Counted from the stretch's first letter, positions 1 to 9,215 are shown. The stretch is 61,111 nt of DNA from an uncultured Isosphaeraceae bacterium (GCA_964483425.1 CAZABE010000064.1:1-61111), one strand, 5' to 3'. Notes: generated from the sequence alone by a model not told the origin. Numbers and translations are program-made.

Positions 1-1401
1 GTACTCTTTTTGGGTTTAACTGTCGTGCTGGCAATTTTCGGTTTAGTGATTGCTGCAGTTTTCAGGATGTACCCCTCCGCCATTTTCCCTTGCATTGTGC
101 AAGTTCCAATCGCTGTCATCATTGGGACTTGGCTCCACCGAAAAGGAGTTGGAATCTTAATTCCATCTCTGCTTGCTTTATGTGTCATATACCTCACCGT
201 CATTTTTGGAAATGATGGTATGCTTGGTTCTTTCAATTCAACGCTTGCGACCTTACCGACGATTGCGTGGGTTGTGATTCTACTGGCATATTCATATTTC
301 GCATCGGTACTTCCCGTTTGGTCCCTGCTCCAACCACGTGATTACATCAATGCATTGCAATTGTTATCCGTCATAGCGCTAATTGTCGTTGGACTAATCG
401 TTGCTGCTTTTGCTGGTGGCGCACCAATCGATGGCACACGCCCAGAACTTCTCATTTCCGCCCCGATGATTGATATTGACCCTGCAGACGCTCCACTTAT
501 TTTTCCATTTTTGTTTATTACAATTGCGTGTGGTGCATGCAGTGGATTTCACTGTCTAGTTGCTAGTGGTACATCAAGTAAACAGGTCTCTTGTGAGACA
601 GATGCTAAGTTTGTTGGGTATGGAAGCATGCTTACAGAAGGATTCCTTGCGACTCTTGTTATCCTTGCTTGCGTCGCGGGTCTATCCCTTGGCATCGATA
701 GCGAACAGGGAACCTTGCTTGGAAGTGAAGCGTGGAACGCTAGATACGCTTCGTGGGCTACAGCGGGTGGTCTTGGTGCTAAAGTTGGGGCGTTTGTAGA
801 TGGCTCTGCGAACTTTATCGCTTCAATGGGAATTTCACCTTCCATCGCTGTAGCATTCATGGGTGTCTTTGTCGCTTCATTTGCTGGCACAACCCTCGAT
901 ACTGCTTGCCGTTTGCAAAGATATGTCGTACAAGAAATTGCAAGGACACCTCGGTTACCACTTGCTACTCTGAGAAACAAACATGTGGCAACTCTTTTTG
1001 CCGTCTTGCTTGCACTCCTTCTTGCCGCTATACCAGCAAGCGGTGAATGGACCGTTACTAAAATGGGAACAGGTGGATTAATTCTTTGGCCACTCTTTGG
1101 AGCAATTAATCAACTTCTTGCTGGGCTTGCGTTTCTCGTCATCGCCGCTTTTTTATGGCATCAAAAAAAACCAATCTGGTTTATCGTGTTGCCTGCCATA
1201 TTCATGCTAGCCATGCCGATGTGGGCGATGGTTATGCAAGCGTTTGTTGGTACGAACGCAGCGCAGAGTTGGCTTGCCCAAGAGCGCTGGCTATTGCTTG
1301 CAATGGGTATCGCGGCAATAGTACTTGAAATCTGGATCTTGTTTGAGGCACTCGCTCTCATAAAAAAAGACCCCCGCCCAAAGGGCGAGGGTCTGAGTTA
1401 G
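1..1401 (+). CDS. cstA: CstA-family carbon starvation transporter, N-terminus cut by the window edge
   Basis: Frame 1 is open from base 1; the ORF-track start at 10 is an internal TTG. Polytopic membrane protein with the CstA-type motif GACSGFHCLVASGTSSKQ. Stop TAG at 1399-1401. Confidence 0.8.
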   Translation, partial: VLFLGLTVVLAIFGLVIAAVFRMYPSAIFPCIVQVPIAVIIGTWLHRKGVGILIPSLLALCVIYLTVIFGNDGMLGSFNSTLATLPTIAWVVILLAYSYFASVLPVWSLLQPRDYINALQLLSVIALIVVGLIVAAFAGGAPIDGTRPELLISAPMIDIDPADAPLIFPFLFITIACGACSGFHCLVASGTSSKQVSCETDAKFVGYGSMLTEGFLATLVILACVAGLSLGIDSEQGTLLGSEAWNARYASWATAGGLGAKVGAFVDGSANFIASMGISPSIAVAFMGVFVASFAGTTLDTACRLQRYVVQEIARTPRLPLATLRNKHVATLFAVLLALLLAAIPASGEWTVTKMGTGGLILWPLFGAINQLLAGLAFLVIAAFLWHQKKPIWFIVLPAIFMLAMPMWAMVMQAFVGTNAAQSWLAQERWLLLAMGIAAIVLEIWILFEALALIKKDPRPKGEGLS

Positions 1402-1418
1402 ATAACTTATAAACGAGT

Positions 1419-3701
1419 CTATTCGCAAGGTCCCCAAGCGCCAATTGCTGTCAAGAGGTCAGAGACATCAACATAACCATTACCATCGAGGTCTCCTGGA
1501 CAACCTGAGCATGCTCCCCAGTCAGCAATCATCGCTAAGAGATCGCCTACATCTGTGGAACCATTTCCATCAATATCCGTTGGGCAATCAGGACCGCCAC
1601 CAAGACCTTGGTTGTTCCAGTAGACATTTCGGTTTTGATTTACAACATCAGCGCCATCGAACCATTGGAAGTTGGCAAGTATTTCAACGCCTTGACCTGA
1701 TTCGATTGAGAAACTTGAGAATCTATGACCAAGTGCAGTACCGGCTCCTTCAGAAGCAACGGGGTCATCTGGCATTACAAACCAAATACCGTTATCCATG
1801 CTCATACCAGTATCGCTATTAAAACCAGCACTATCAAAGCCAAGGAATATTGGTTCACCGTCTGCAGAGTCCGTTGCACCAACTGTTACGTATGAGTCAT
1901 ACGCAAGGTCATCACCAAATGGAGCATCTAACTGCCTGTCGTGAGGGCCGTCTGAGCCATATGGTGAGTGGTGCAGAGCAACCGCAGTTGCTGAGCCATC
2001 AAAGTCGGCATTAGACCACATACGCAATTCTAAAAGGTCTGCATTTTCACCGAACACCGAAACTAGCCGTGTGTTTGGATCGGAACTTGGGAAGAATAAA
2101 TCGTATGTCTCCATGGACTGACCATCACTTCGGGACCAAGTGCGCAACTCATAGTTGAGTTCATCAGTGCCAGAACCACAGGTTACGTCTACACAATTTG
2201 TACCGTCACCAAACCAACTTCCTGAACAATTTTCAAGTAGTGTTAAAGTACAATCTATACCAACGCAGCAAGCACCAAGTGAACATCCTGTAGTTCCACA
2301 ATCAGTACCATCGCCTGCATAATCTCCGCCTGCAGAAGCACATTCTTGACTTGTATAATCAGTACATGCACCATCAATACAGCAAGCGCCTGTGGGTTCA
2401 GAACAATCCGCAGTTGCACAAGTTGTGCCATCGCCTTGATAGATACCACCACCCAAATCACATGTGGATTCAAAAGTTTCTAGGCACTGATTGCCTGTAA
2501 GACAACAGGCACCTTGAGGAGCACCGTTTTCAAGACACCAAACAGAATTAGCATACGCTGATATTTCATCTACAGATGCCTGAATAAAGTGGTTTGCACA
2601 TTGAATTGACGGGTACATCGTATTGTACGTAGGGTTATTTTGGTGCTCAGCATTCCAGTTGTGACCAAGTTCATGTGCAGAAAGATCTGTTGTGCAACCA
2701 AAACTACCGCAACAATCCGATTGCACCAAACTATATGCGGAGTTCGTGTAACAAACTACTCCAAGCCAAGCAATACCAATTGTTGAACCAGTATTTTTAC
2801 CTGTAAACAGGTGAGCAACATCACGTACGATTCCACCCTGATTGTTGTTCCACTCGTTTCCAAATTGAGTGAGTAAAGTTTCAGCATCTGATGATGTATA
2901 TGGATCATTTATATCATCACGAACAATAATCGTTGTAATCTCGTGACGTAATAAAACCTCTTCTTCGTATTGCTGATTCATACTGTTGATGACTGAATTT
3001 ATTCTTGACTCTGTGTTACTTCCCCAATCCTGCCAATACTCATAGTCCGTATCACAAGCAAGTTGAGCAACTTGTAAGGTTCCGCCACGGTTGACAGAAT
3101 TGCCTTCCTCGTAATGTGCAAGCATTTCAATAATACTTCCGACTGGTCGTTTGCTGTGTGTCGTGCCGCAAACACCACCCGAAGCGATAATGTCTTCGCC
3201 TCTATAGAAAGCGTACATATTCGATGGACCACGATCAAGTTTTTCGCCAACTGGCTCCATCCAATATTCACGACCGTCAGCAAGATTAATTCGGACATAC
3301 AATCCGTCTGTCATCAAGGAACCGGCAGCTTTGCTGCCTTCTAACTCTAAAATAGTTCCACGAAGAGTTCGGATTGGACCAGGTGCGACTTCATACAAGT
3401 CACCGTTGTCATCAGTCATAAAAACAGAGTAGATATCTGAACGCACAGAGTGTGGCTCTATATCCAATGTGTAAGTTACATTTTCAATTGGAATGGAAAC
3501 TCTAATTGGACGGTTAGGAACATCAGTTACATCAAGTGTCGTGTGCCAACTGTCCTCAAGATTAAGAATGCTATTGATTTCTCGATTAAATCGGTCATCC
3601 TCTGAAAGGACCAGTGGATCTGCTTGAATCGCAGCTCCAAATGACAAAGCAGCACATGCTGCAACGATGAAGCCACGGGTTTTGTTAAAAGGGGTTGTCA
3701 T
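1419..3701 (-). CDS. secreted zinc metalloprotease (metzincin/reprolysin-like) with three Cys-rich repeats and C-terminal dockerin-like repeats
   Basis: Signal-like N-terminus (FIVAACAALSFGAAIQA). HELGHNWNAEH zinc motif encoded at 2643-2675. AGGAG lies 7 nt upstream of the ATG. C-terminal DIDGNGSTDVGDLL and DLDGNGYVDVSDLL repeats encoded at 1422-1577. Confidence 0.75.
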   Translation of the reverse strand: MTTPFNKTRGFIVAACAALSFGAAIQADPLVLSEDDRFNREINSILNLEDSWHTTLDVTDVPNRPIRVSIPIENVTYTLDIEPHSVRSDIYSVFMTDDNGDLYEVAPGPIRTLRGTILELEGSKAAGSLMTDGLYVRINLADGREYWMEPVGEKLDRGPSNMYAFYRGEDIIASGGVCGTTHSKRPVGSIIEMLAHYEEGNSVNRGGTLQVAQLACDTDYEYWQDWGSNTESRINSVINSMNQQYEEEVLLRHEITTIIVRDDINDPYTSSDAETLLTQFGNEWNNNQGGIVRDVAHLFTGKNTGSTIGIAWLGVVCYTNSAYSLVQSDCCGSFGCTTDLSAHELGHNWNAEHQNNPTYNTMYPSIQCANHFIQASVDEISAYANSVWCLENGAPQGACCLTGNQCLETFESTCDLGGGIYQGDGTTCATADCSEPTGACCIDGACTDYTSQECASAGGDYAGDGTDCGTTGCSLGACCVGIDCTLTLLENCSGSWFGDGTNCVDVTCGSGTDELNYELRTWSRSDGQSMETYDLFFPSSDPNTRLVSVFGENADLLELRMWSNADFDGSATAVALHHSPYGSDGPHDRQLDAPFGDDLAYDSYVTVGATDSADGEPIFLGFDSAGFNSDTGMSMDNGIWFVMPDDPVASEGAGTALGHRFSSFSIESGQGVEILANFQWFDGADVVNQNRNVYWNNQGLGGGPDCPTDIDGNGSTDVGDLLAMIADWGACSGCPGDLDGNGYVDVSDLLTAIGAWGPCE
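2178..2513 (-). repeat. three tandem ~37-aa Cys-rich modules inside the protease gene
   Basis: Units are GACCLTGNQCLETFESTCDLGGGIYQGDGTTCATADC, GACCIDGACTDYTSQECASAGGDYAGDGTDCGTTGC and GACCVGIDCTLTLLENCSGSWFGDGTNCVDVTC. All share the pattern GACC-x-C-x-C-x-GDGT-C-x-C. Confidence 0.8.
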
Positions 3702-3877
3702 GAACTCTCTCCTAAAAAAGGTTGTGTCGACCCCACCATGGAGCCACTAAAACATTCGTGTACTCAAGCCAACGGTTGCGGAATATTTCACCACAACCAA
3801 AAAACCCCCTTTAATCTTGCAAGAGTACCGTTTATTTGAGAAAATACCACTTTTAAATAGGAAAAATCGAGTTTTTT

Positions 3878-4404
3878 CTACCTATCTTTGGAAACTGCAG
3901 TATCTGAGTCCATTTTATAGTCACATTGGGTAATTTGAGCGCTAACCCCAATACGATTGCATTGAACCACACCTACACTTGCAACATTCCCATCAAAAGT
4001 GCAATACTCGATTGACGGAGAACATTTGTTGTAGTTCGCTATCGCTCCACCTTGAACATACGAATTGTTTGATTCCCTCAGTCAAGAATTGTGGTTTTTC
4101 GTTTTGAATTATGGTTATTTATTAATCGTTCATCACCAGAAAAACCACCATTATTATCAACACCTTCTACCGTTTGGAACGACTTTCCATTCGTTTTGAA
4201 CGTGGCGCTTACAACCCAAATCTCATCACCTCTTTTTGATACTCTAAGTGCATCTTGTAAGGAATCAAAAGATATACCCCAACTGTTTTGTTTACTAGAA
4301 TTTTGTTTACTAGAATCGACAAAAATAACCTCAGCGAGCGTGTTGCTCGCCAAGGTTAGGAGGAGAGATATGACTATCTGTAATTGTATGTACCGTCCCT
4401 ACAT
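3878..4404 (-). pseudogene. decayed 5' fragment of a secreted parallel beta-helix (adhesin/Pmp-like) gene
   Basis: The minus strand reads ATG TAG, then a signal-peptide-like GRYIQLQIVISLLLTLASNTLA. The ORF 4078-4353 follows (SWGISFDSLQDALRVSKRGDEIWV ... GGFSGDE ... TTILD). The typical repeat NNSYVQGGAIANYNKCSPSIEYCTFDGNVA continues in another frame after 4078 and stops at 3878-3880. Confidence 0.6.
4286..4315. repeat. perfect 15-bp tandem duplication (ttttgtttactagaa x2) inside the pseudogene
   Basis: Read directly; it encodes the duplicated SKQNS-SKQNS on the minus strand. Confidence 0.9.
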
Positions 4405-4409
4405 CTAAG

Positions 4410-4428
4410 TAAACGAGTCCTCGTATTA
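4410..4428. repeat. variant palindromic element TAAACGAG-TC-CTCGTATTA
   Basis: TAAAC-type left arm with an acgag/ctcgt inverted repeat. It resembles the TAAAC...GTTTA family but lacks the CCCGCGGG core. Confidence 0.35.
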
Positions 4429-4502
4429 ACTATTGCATTTGATACATCTAATTTGGAAATTCATAAAAAAATATTGTTTATTTATTCATCAAATTTTGCC
4501 CC

Positions 4503-4530
4503 TTGACCAACCACCGAACCATGATAAAAT
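4503..4530 (+). promoter_or_regulatory. sigma70-like promoter for tRNA-Asp (TTGACC-N16-TAAAAT)
   Basis: -35 TTGACC at 4503-4508 and -10 TAAAAT at 4525-4530, about 15 nt upstream of the tRNA 5' end. Same architecture as the promoter at 46241-46268. Confidence 0.5.
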
Positions 4531-4544
4531 CCCTTCTCCCAGTT

Positions 4545-4618
4545 GGGGCGGTAGCTCAATTGGTTAGAGTACCGGCCTGTCGAGCCGGTTGTTGCGGGTT
4601 CGAGTCCCGTCCGCCTCG
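4545..4618 (+). tRNA. tRNA-Asp (anticodon GTC)
   Basis: Hand-folded cloverleaf. Acceptor GGGGCGG/CCGCCTC; D arm GCTC/GAGT; anticodon stem CCGGC/GCCGG with loop CTGTCGA; T arm GCGGG-TTCGAGT-CCCGT; discriminator G. No encoded CCA. Confidence 0.9.
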
Positions 4619-4640
4619 CTTTCGTAAAAGATTAAGACCC
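4616..4640. repeat. direct repeat copy 1 (tcgctttcgtaaaagattaagaccc), overlapping the last 3 nt of the tRNA
   Basis: Exact 25-bp match to 4784-4808. Confidence 0.9.
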
Positions 4641-4668
4641 GATGCTGTGCATCGGGTCTTTTCTTTTA
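4634..4668 (+). terminator. rho-independent terminator after tRNA-Asp
   Basis: 11-bp stem aagacccgatg/catcgggtctt with loop ctgtg, followed by ttcttttat. Confidence 0.75.
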
Positions 4669-4783
4669 TCTCTTGCGAGGCGGACTGCACGTTGCAAAGC
4701 AACGTGCAAGCGGCTACGCCGCTTCGGACTCTTCTATGATTTTCATCGCTAAAAGCGATGAAAAGCAACGAGTCCCTCTGGTT

Positions 4784-4808
4784 TCGCTTTCGTAAAAGAT
4801 TAAGACCC
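4784..4808. repeat. direct repeat copy 2 (tcgctttcgtaaaagattaagaccc)
   Basis: Exact 25-bp match to 4616-4640. This copy lacks the right arm of the terminator hairpin. Confidence 0.9.
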
Positions 4809-4827
4809 ACAAGCTTCGCTTGAAGAA

Positions 4828-4850
4828 TAAACGACCCGCGGGTTAATTTA
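4828..4850. repeat. palindromic element copy (taaacgacccgcgggttaattta)
   Basis: TAAAC arm plus CCCGCGGG core. The right end tta (4848-4850) is the polA stop codon on the minus strand. Confidence 0.7.
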
Positions 4851-7631
4851 TTTGCACTCTGCCCAGTTTATCCCGATTGATGCTTCTGCAACAATTGGGA
4901 CAGACAAATCCATCGCTGATTCCATTACTTCCACAAGCAAATCACGGACTTGTTCAGCATCTTCTTCAGGAGCTTCAACGACGAGTTCATCGTGAATCTG
5001 CATAAGCAAACGAGCATCTGGATATTCATCAGCAAGTCGTTGATGAACATTATTCATAGCAACTTTGATTAGGTCTGCTGCACTCCCCTGCACAACACTG
5101 TTAATAGCGACACGCTCTCCAAGCGCTTGTTGCTGTTGATTTGTCGAATGGATACTTCGAATCTCTCGCCGGCGATGCTCGATAGTTTCTACATACCCAC
5201 GTTCATTCGCTTTCGCCACACACTCTTCAAGAAACTTATCTATCCCCTTGAACCTAGATTTGTAATCATCAATAATTTGCTCTGCGCGTTCTGGGGTGCA
5301 CTTCAACTGTCTTGATAAACCCCATTTGGTTATCCCGTACACAATTCCAAAATTCACTGCTTTTGCAGCAGAACGTTGTTCATCTGACACTTCATCTATA
5401 GCAGTTCCAAAAACTTCGGAGGCAACTGCTCTATGAATATCCTGACCTTCTTTAAATGCTTGAAGTAATGCTTCATCTGAACTTAGATGAGCAAGCATTC
5501 TCAATTCAACCTGCGAGTAATCGGCCGCAACGAAAAGATTCCCTTCTTCTGGAATGAAGGCTTTTCTAATATTTCGGCCTATCTCCGTACGAATCGGAAT
5601 GTTCTGTAGGTTTGGGTCGCTACTACTTAAACGACCAGTCGAGGTTCCCGTCTGGTTAAACGAAGCATGAATTCGTTTTGTGTTTGGATTAATTGCTTCG
5701 CTCAATGAAACAAGGTATGTGTTCACAAGTTTAGTTAGTTTCCGATATTCCAAAATCAGATTTGGCAATTGAGTATCAACCTCGGGATCATTTGCCAATT
5801 TTTCTAGAACTTCAACGTTCGTTGAATGAAACGTTTTCCCTCGTTTAATAGGTTTAATTCCTAACCCCTTGTCTTCATCAAACAAGACCTCAGAAAGTTG
5901 TTTTGGAGAGTCAGGATTAAATTGATAAGGTGCAGAACCTTCTATTTCTTTAATCAATGAATCTATTCGTTTTGCAATACTCTCTCGTTGAAGTTGTAAT
6001 TCATTTGGGTCAACTTTGATTCCTGCTCTTCGCATTGATGCAAGAACTCGAACTAGTGGCATCTCGACATTTTCATAGAGTGTTCGTAAATCGCCCTTGA
6101 GTTGTGGATCAAAAACATTCCATAAACGGAATGTAATATCGACATCTTCAGCGGCGTAGGGGTATGCATCAATAAGAGGCACTTGGTCAAATGACCTCTG
6201 TGACTTGCCACTACCAATAAGTTCTTTGATTGAAATACACTCATAGTCAAGTGTGCCAAGTGCTACAGCGTCCATCGAATACCCAGAACGCGAGGCGTCT
6301 ACAACCCATGCTGCAATTAAGGTGTCGTGTAAAGTGCCCTGCACTCGGACACCTGCGTTCTCAAGAACAACCAAATCATATTTTATGTTATGCCCGATTT
6401 TTTCTATATTTTCATTTTCTAAAACTTCTCTAAGTGCTTCGATGACAACTTCTTTCTCAAGATGTTCTTCTGGGCACCTTATTGGAATATACGAACCGTA
6501 GCCTTCGCCTAAAGAAATTGAAATGCCACAGAGTTTTGCAGTCATCGGATTGAGATCAGTGGTTTCCGTATCAACAGCAAGAATTTTTGCTTTACTGCAC
6601 TTTTGTACAAGTGCGGCAAGTTTTTTATCTGTATCAATTAAATTATATCCTGCACTATAAGCAGGATGAGTTCTGTCAGGCCCCATATCAAAAAGACCAC
6701 CAATAGCGGGCGATTTTGGTTTTGGTATTTCCTTCTCTGTTTCTTCTCCCTTTGCAAGTTGTTTCACATCTTCAGGAAATCTATTGAACCCAAGTTCCTT
6801 AAACAGTGATGTGATTTCAGGAACAGCCCAATTTGAATAATCAGACATCGCATCTTCCAAGTCGAACTCAAAATCCACATCGTCGAGTAATGAAACAAGT
6901 TTGCGACTAATAGAAAGTTGTTCACGCCCCTCTAATAAATTTTCTTTTCGTTTGCCTTTAATCTTATCAATGTTCTTGTAAATACCATCAATAGAACCAA
7001 ACTCCATAATCAATTTAGCTGCTGTTTTTGGTCCGATTCCTTGAACACCTGGGATGTTGTCACTCGAATCCCCCATTAAAGCAAGGATGTCTGCAACCAT
7101 CGAAGCGTGTATTCCCATGTCTGGTGTCTTAAAAACATCGTCGGGAGAAACGGTTGTTTCTTTGTGCGCATCAAACAACTCCACTTTCTCGTCAATAAGT
7201 TGAGTCAAGTCCTTATCACGAGAAATTATTCGAATTTTCATTGCAGGATGTTCAAAGCGCATCCGTTTCACGAGTGAAGCGATTACATCATCCGCTTCAA
7301 CAATTGCTTCTCCAAGTACAGGAATTTGCAATACTTCCAGTATTTCAAGGCATCGATCTACTTGACTCCCAAAATCATCTGGAGGTGGTTCTCGATTTGC
7401 TTTGTAATCAGGATCAATTTCACTACGAAAGGTCTCCTTGTCGCTCGAAACATCGATTACTACTGCGAGGTAGTTGGGTTTTTCATCACGCAACAATTTA
7501 AGCAACATCGATGTAAATCCGTACACCATATTTGTTGGTTCCCCAGTTGCTGGGCTGCTCATTGGTGAACGAATAGCGTAATATGCACGAAAAAATTGTG
7601 CATGCCCATCAATAATGTAGAGCGTTTTCAT
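4848..7631 (-). CDS. polA: DNA polymerase I
   Basis: 927 aa. 5' nuclease N-terminus, 3'-5' exonuclease region, and polymerase motifs ADYSQVELRMLAH and QIHDELV. Confidence 0.95.
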   Translation of the reverse strand: MKTLYIIDGHAQFFRAYYAIRSPMSSPATGEPTNMVYGFTSMLLKLLRDEKPNYLAVVIDVSSDKETFRSEIDPDYKANREPPPDDFGSQVDRCLEILEVLQIPVLGEAIVEADDVIASLVKRMRFEHPAMKIRIISRDKDLTQLIDEKVELFDAHKETTVSPDDVFKTPDMGIHASMVADILALMGDSSDNIPGVQGIGPKTAAKLIMEFGSIDGIYKNIDKIKGKRKENLLEGREQLSISRKLVSLLDDVDFEFDLEDAMSDYSNWAVPEITSLFKELGFNRFPEDVKQLAKGEETEKEIPKPKSPAIGGLFDMGPDRTHPAYSAGYNLIDTDKKLAALVQKCSKAKILAVDTETTDLNPMTAKLCGISISLGEGYGSYIPIRCPEEHLEKEVVIEALREVLENENIEKIGHNIKYDLVVLENAGVRVQGTLHDTLIAAWVVDASRSGYSMDAVALGTLDYECISIKELIGSGKSQRSFDQVPLIDAYPYAAEDVDITFRLWNVFDPQLKGDLRTLYENVEMPLVRVLASMRRAGIKVDPNELQLQRESIAKRIDSLIKEIEGSAPYQFNPDSPKQLSEVLFDEDKGLGIKPIKRGKTFHSTNVEVLEKLANDPEVDTQLPNLILEYRKLTKLVNTYLVSLSEAINPNTKRIHASFNQTGTSTGRLSSSDPNLQNIPIRTEIGRNIRKAFIPEEGNLFVAADYSQVELRMLAHLSSDEALLQAFKEGQDIHRAVASEVFGTAIDEVSDEQRSAAKAVNFGIVYGITKWGLSRQLKCTPERAEQIIDDYKSRFKGIDKFLEECVAKANERGYVETIEHRRREIRSIHSTNQQQQALGERVAINSVVQGSAADLIKVAMNNVHQRLADEYPDARLLMQIHDELVVEAPEEDAEQVRDLLVEVMESAMDLSVPIVAEASIGINWAECK

Positions 7632-8638
7632 TACCTGTCTGCCAATTTTCTCAGAACTCCTATAGTCGCATCGTCAAGAACTTGCTCACGTCTTGCCATT
7701 GCTGTTCTTGCAACACTCAAAAACTTATCTATTTTGTACTTACGTTCTCCTGAATCGGTTAACCAAGCAAATCTTTTAGTTGGTGAAGGAACTGCCGCAG
7801 TTGTTGCAACCATTGCACCAGTTCCAATTATTGTGCCAGTCATAATCTTCGTAGAAATTGCGAACTTCACATGGTCTCCAACGAAGCAACCTACAAATTG
7901 CCTTTCTGTCTTATGTCTTTTTCCAGACAAATCAGTAACAACAACATCGCCATACGTATTTAGTAAATTTGAATTTGTAGTTCCTGCACCAAAATTAACC
8001 CATTCGCCAACCACACTATCTCCTAAATGACCTGAGTGTGACTTATTAGAGTACCCTTGAAAAACTGTTCCTCCGACTTCACCTCCGATTTTACAATAAG
8101 GACCAAGAACAGTGGTTGCTTTAATTAGAGCACTCTCAGTAATTGTGCAACGTTTTCCTATCCAGCAGGGACCGCAAATTACTGCGTTCGAACGCACCTC
8201 AGCACCCTCATCAATTCTAATTGCTCCCTTACTCGCATCCAACACAACACCGGGAAACACAGTTGCTGTTGGATGAACGTCCACACGATTGTCTCCGTAA
8301 CAATGTGTTTCTATTACTCCATCAAGTGGTTCTGTGTTTTGTAGATCCAAAGCCAACAACTCAGAGAGATGGTTAAGAATATCCCATGGTGTCTTAATAA
8401 CTGGATGATCAATTAAAGTTGGATGTTCGCCTTCAACGCGCCTTAGACCTGTTCGATGTGTAATCATTTCAGCGCGCACCGCATCATCACAAAGAAAACC
8501 AGAAGGTGCACATCCCATTTGTCTAGATAACCTCTCAAGAGTTGTAAGGCCACCTGTTCGTATTTCAAACGTCGCCCTTAAATCAGAAAGAGGAGCAAGA
8601 GACTCCTGATGTTCATCTTTGATGTACCACGCAGTCAT
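7631..8638 (-). CDS. sugar-nucleotidyltransferase-like / left-handed beta-helix (hexapeptide repeat, GlmU-like) protein
   Basis: The N-terminus LAPLSDLRATFEIRTGGLTTLERL resembles the putative sugar nucleotidyl transferase family. The C-terminal half has hexapeptide-like repeats. Its TAA stop shares one base with the polA ATG (TAATG). Confidence 0.55.
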   Translation of the reverse strand: MTAWYIKDEHQESLAPLSDLRATFEIRTGGLTTLERLSRQMGCAPSGFLCDDAVRAEMITHRTGLRRVEGEHPTLIDHPVIKTPWDILNHLSELLALDLQNTEPLDGVIETHCYGDNRVDVHPTATVFPGVVLDASKGAIRIDEGAEVRSNAVICGPCWIGKRCTITESALIKATTVLGPYCKIGGEVGGTVFQGYSNKSHSGHLGDSVVGEWVNFGAGTTNSNLLNTYGDVVVTDLSGKRHKTERQFVGCFVGDHVKFAISTKIMTGTIIGTGAMVATTAAVPSPTKRFAWLTDSGERKYKIDKFLSVARTAMARREQVLDDATIGVLRKLADR

Positions 8639-8645
8639 TTATCTA

Positions 8646-9215
8646 TTATCTCCAAGTAGCTCTTCTCCCTGTTGGGGAGTGGAACTTCCAGACACCAATT
8701 GTTGACAACAAACACCATCCGAGTGGTACGGACAAGAGACCTGTATAGATCGCAGTTCCAAAAAGTTTTGCAAACTCATCAACACCACCACCAGAAACCG
8801 TTGGGTTCCATGGCATAAAACCTCTTGTTATCAACACAAACGCCTGTACAGCAGCCGTAACAATCACTGCTCCAGCAGCAAAAAATGAAATTGTCAAGAT
8901 TCTACGGCGGAATACGACGTTACGGACTCTTAAAACAAGTAACGTTGTTACAAGAAAACCAAGTGTATTTGGTCCAATAAGATGCGCTCCTGCTGCCAAT
9001 TGCCCATGACCAGGAGATAAGTCAACCAATAATCCGAGAACAATAGCAACCAAAAGCGCAGTTGTTTCGGGAGCGAACAAAGCAATAAAAACTACGAGGA
9101 TGGGCATGGACTCAGGTGTTATTGAGCCAGCGGAGCGTAATGTGAATACACCTGCAAAGCTAGAATCAAAAGCAAGTGCAAGAACAGCCGCAATGATGAC
9201 AACAAATACATTCAT
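8646..9215 (-). CDS. mreD: rod shape-determining protein MreD (by context and topology)
   Basis: 189-aa multi-pass membrane protein with a GLLVDL motif, directly downstream of mreC with a 4-nt overlap. Confidence 0.6.
   Translation of the reverse strand: MNVFVVIIAAVLALAFDSSFAGVFTLRSAGSITPESMPILVVFIALFAPETTALLVAIVLGLLVDLSPGHGQLAAGAHLIGPNTLGFLVTTLLVLRVRNVVFRRRILTISFFAAGAVIVTAAVQAFVLITRGFMPWNPTVSGGGVDEFAKLFGTAIYTGLLSVPLGWCLLSTIGVWKFHSPTGRRATWR

Noticed and set aside
4399-4401. TAG at codon 2 of the beta-helix gene as evidence of stop-codon reassignment
   Set aside because: TAG is used as an ordinary stop elsewhere in the window, for example in cstA, the metalloprotease and the 32183-34219 gene. 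The same locus also carries a frameshift and a truncation, so decay is the simpler explanation.
4503-4739. 78-aa plus-strand ORF and the overlapping 84-aa minus-strand ORF (4556-4810)
   Set aside because: Both run straight through the tRNA-Asp gene, its terminator and the hairpin cassette. The translations are Cys/Arg-rich, as expected from translating structured RNA.
4545-4847. Integrated prophage or genomic island at tRNA-Asp
   Set aside because: The direct repeats enclose only 143 bp of non-coding DNA. No integrase, excisionase or phage gene lies on either side; polA follows immediately.
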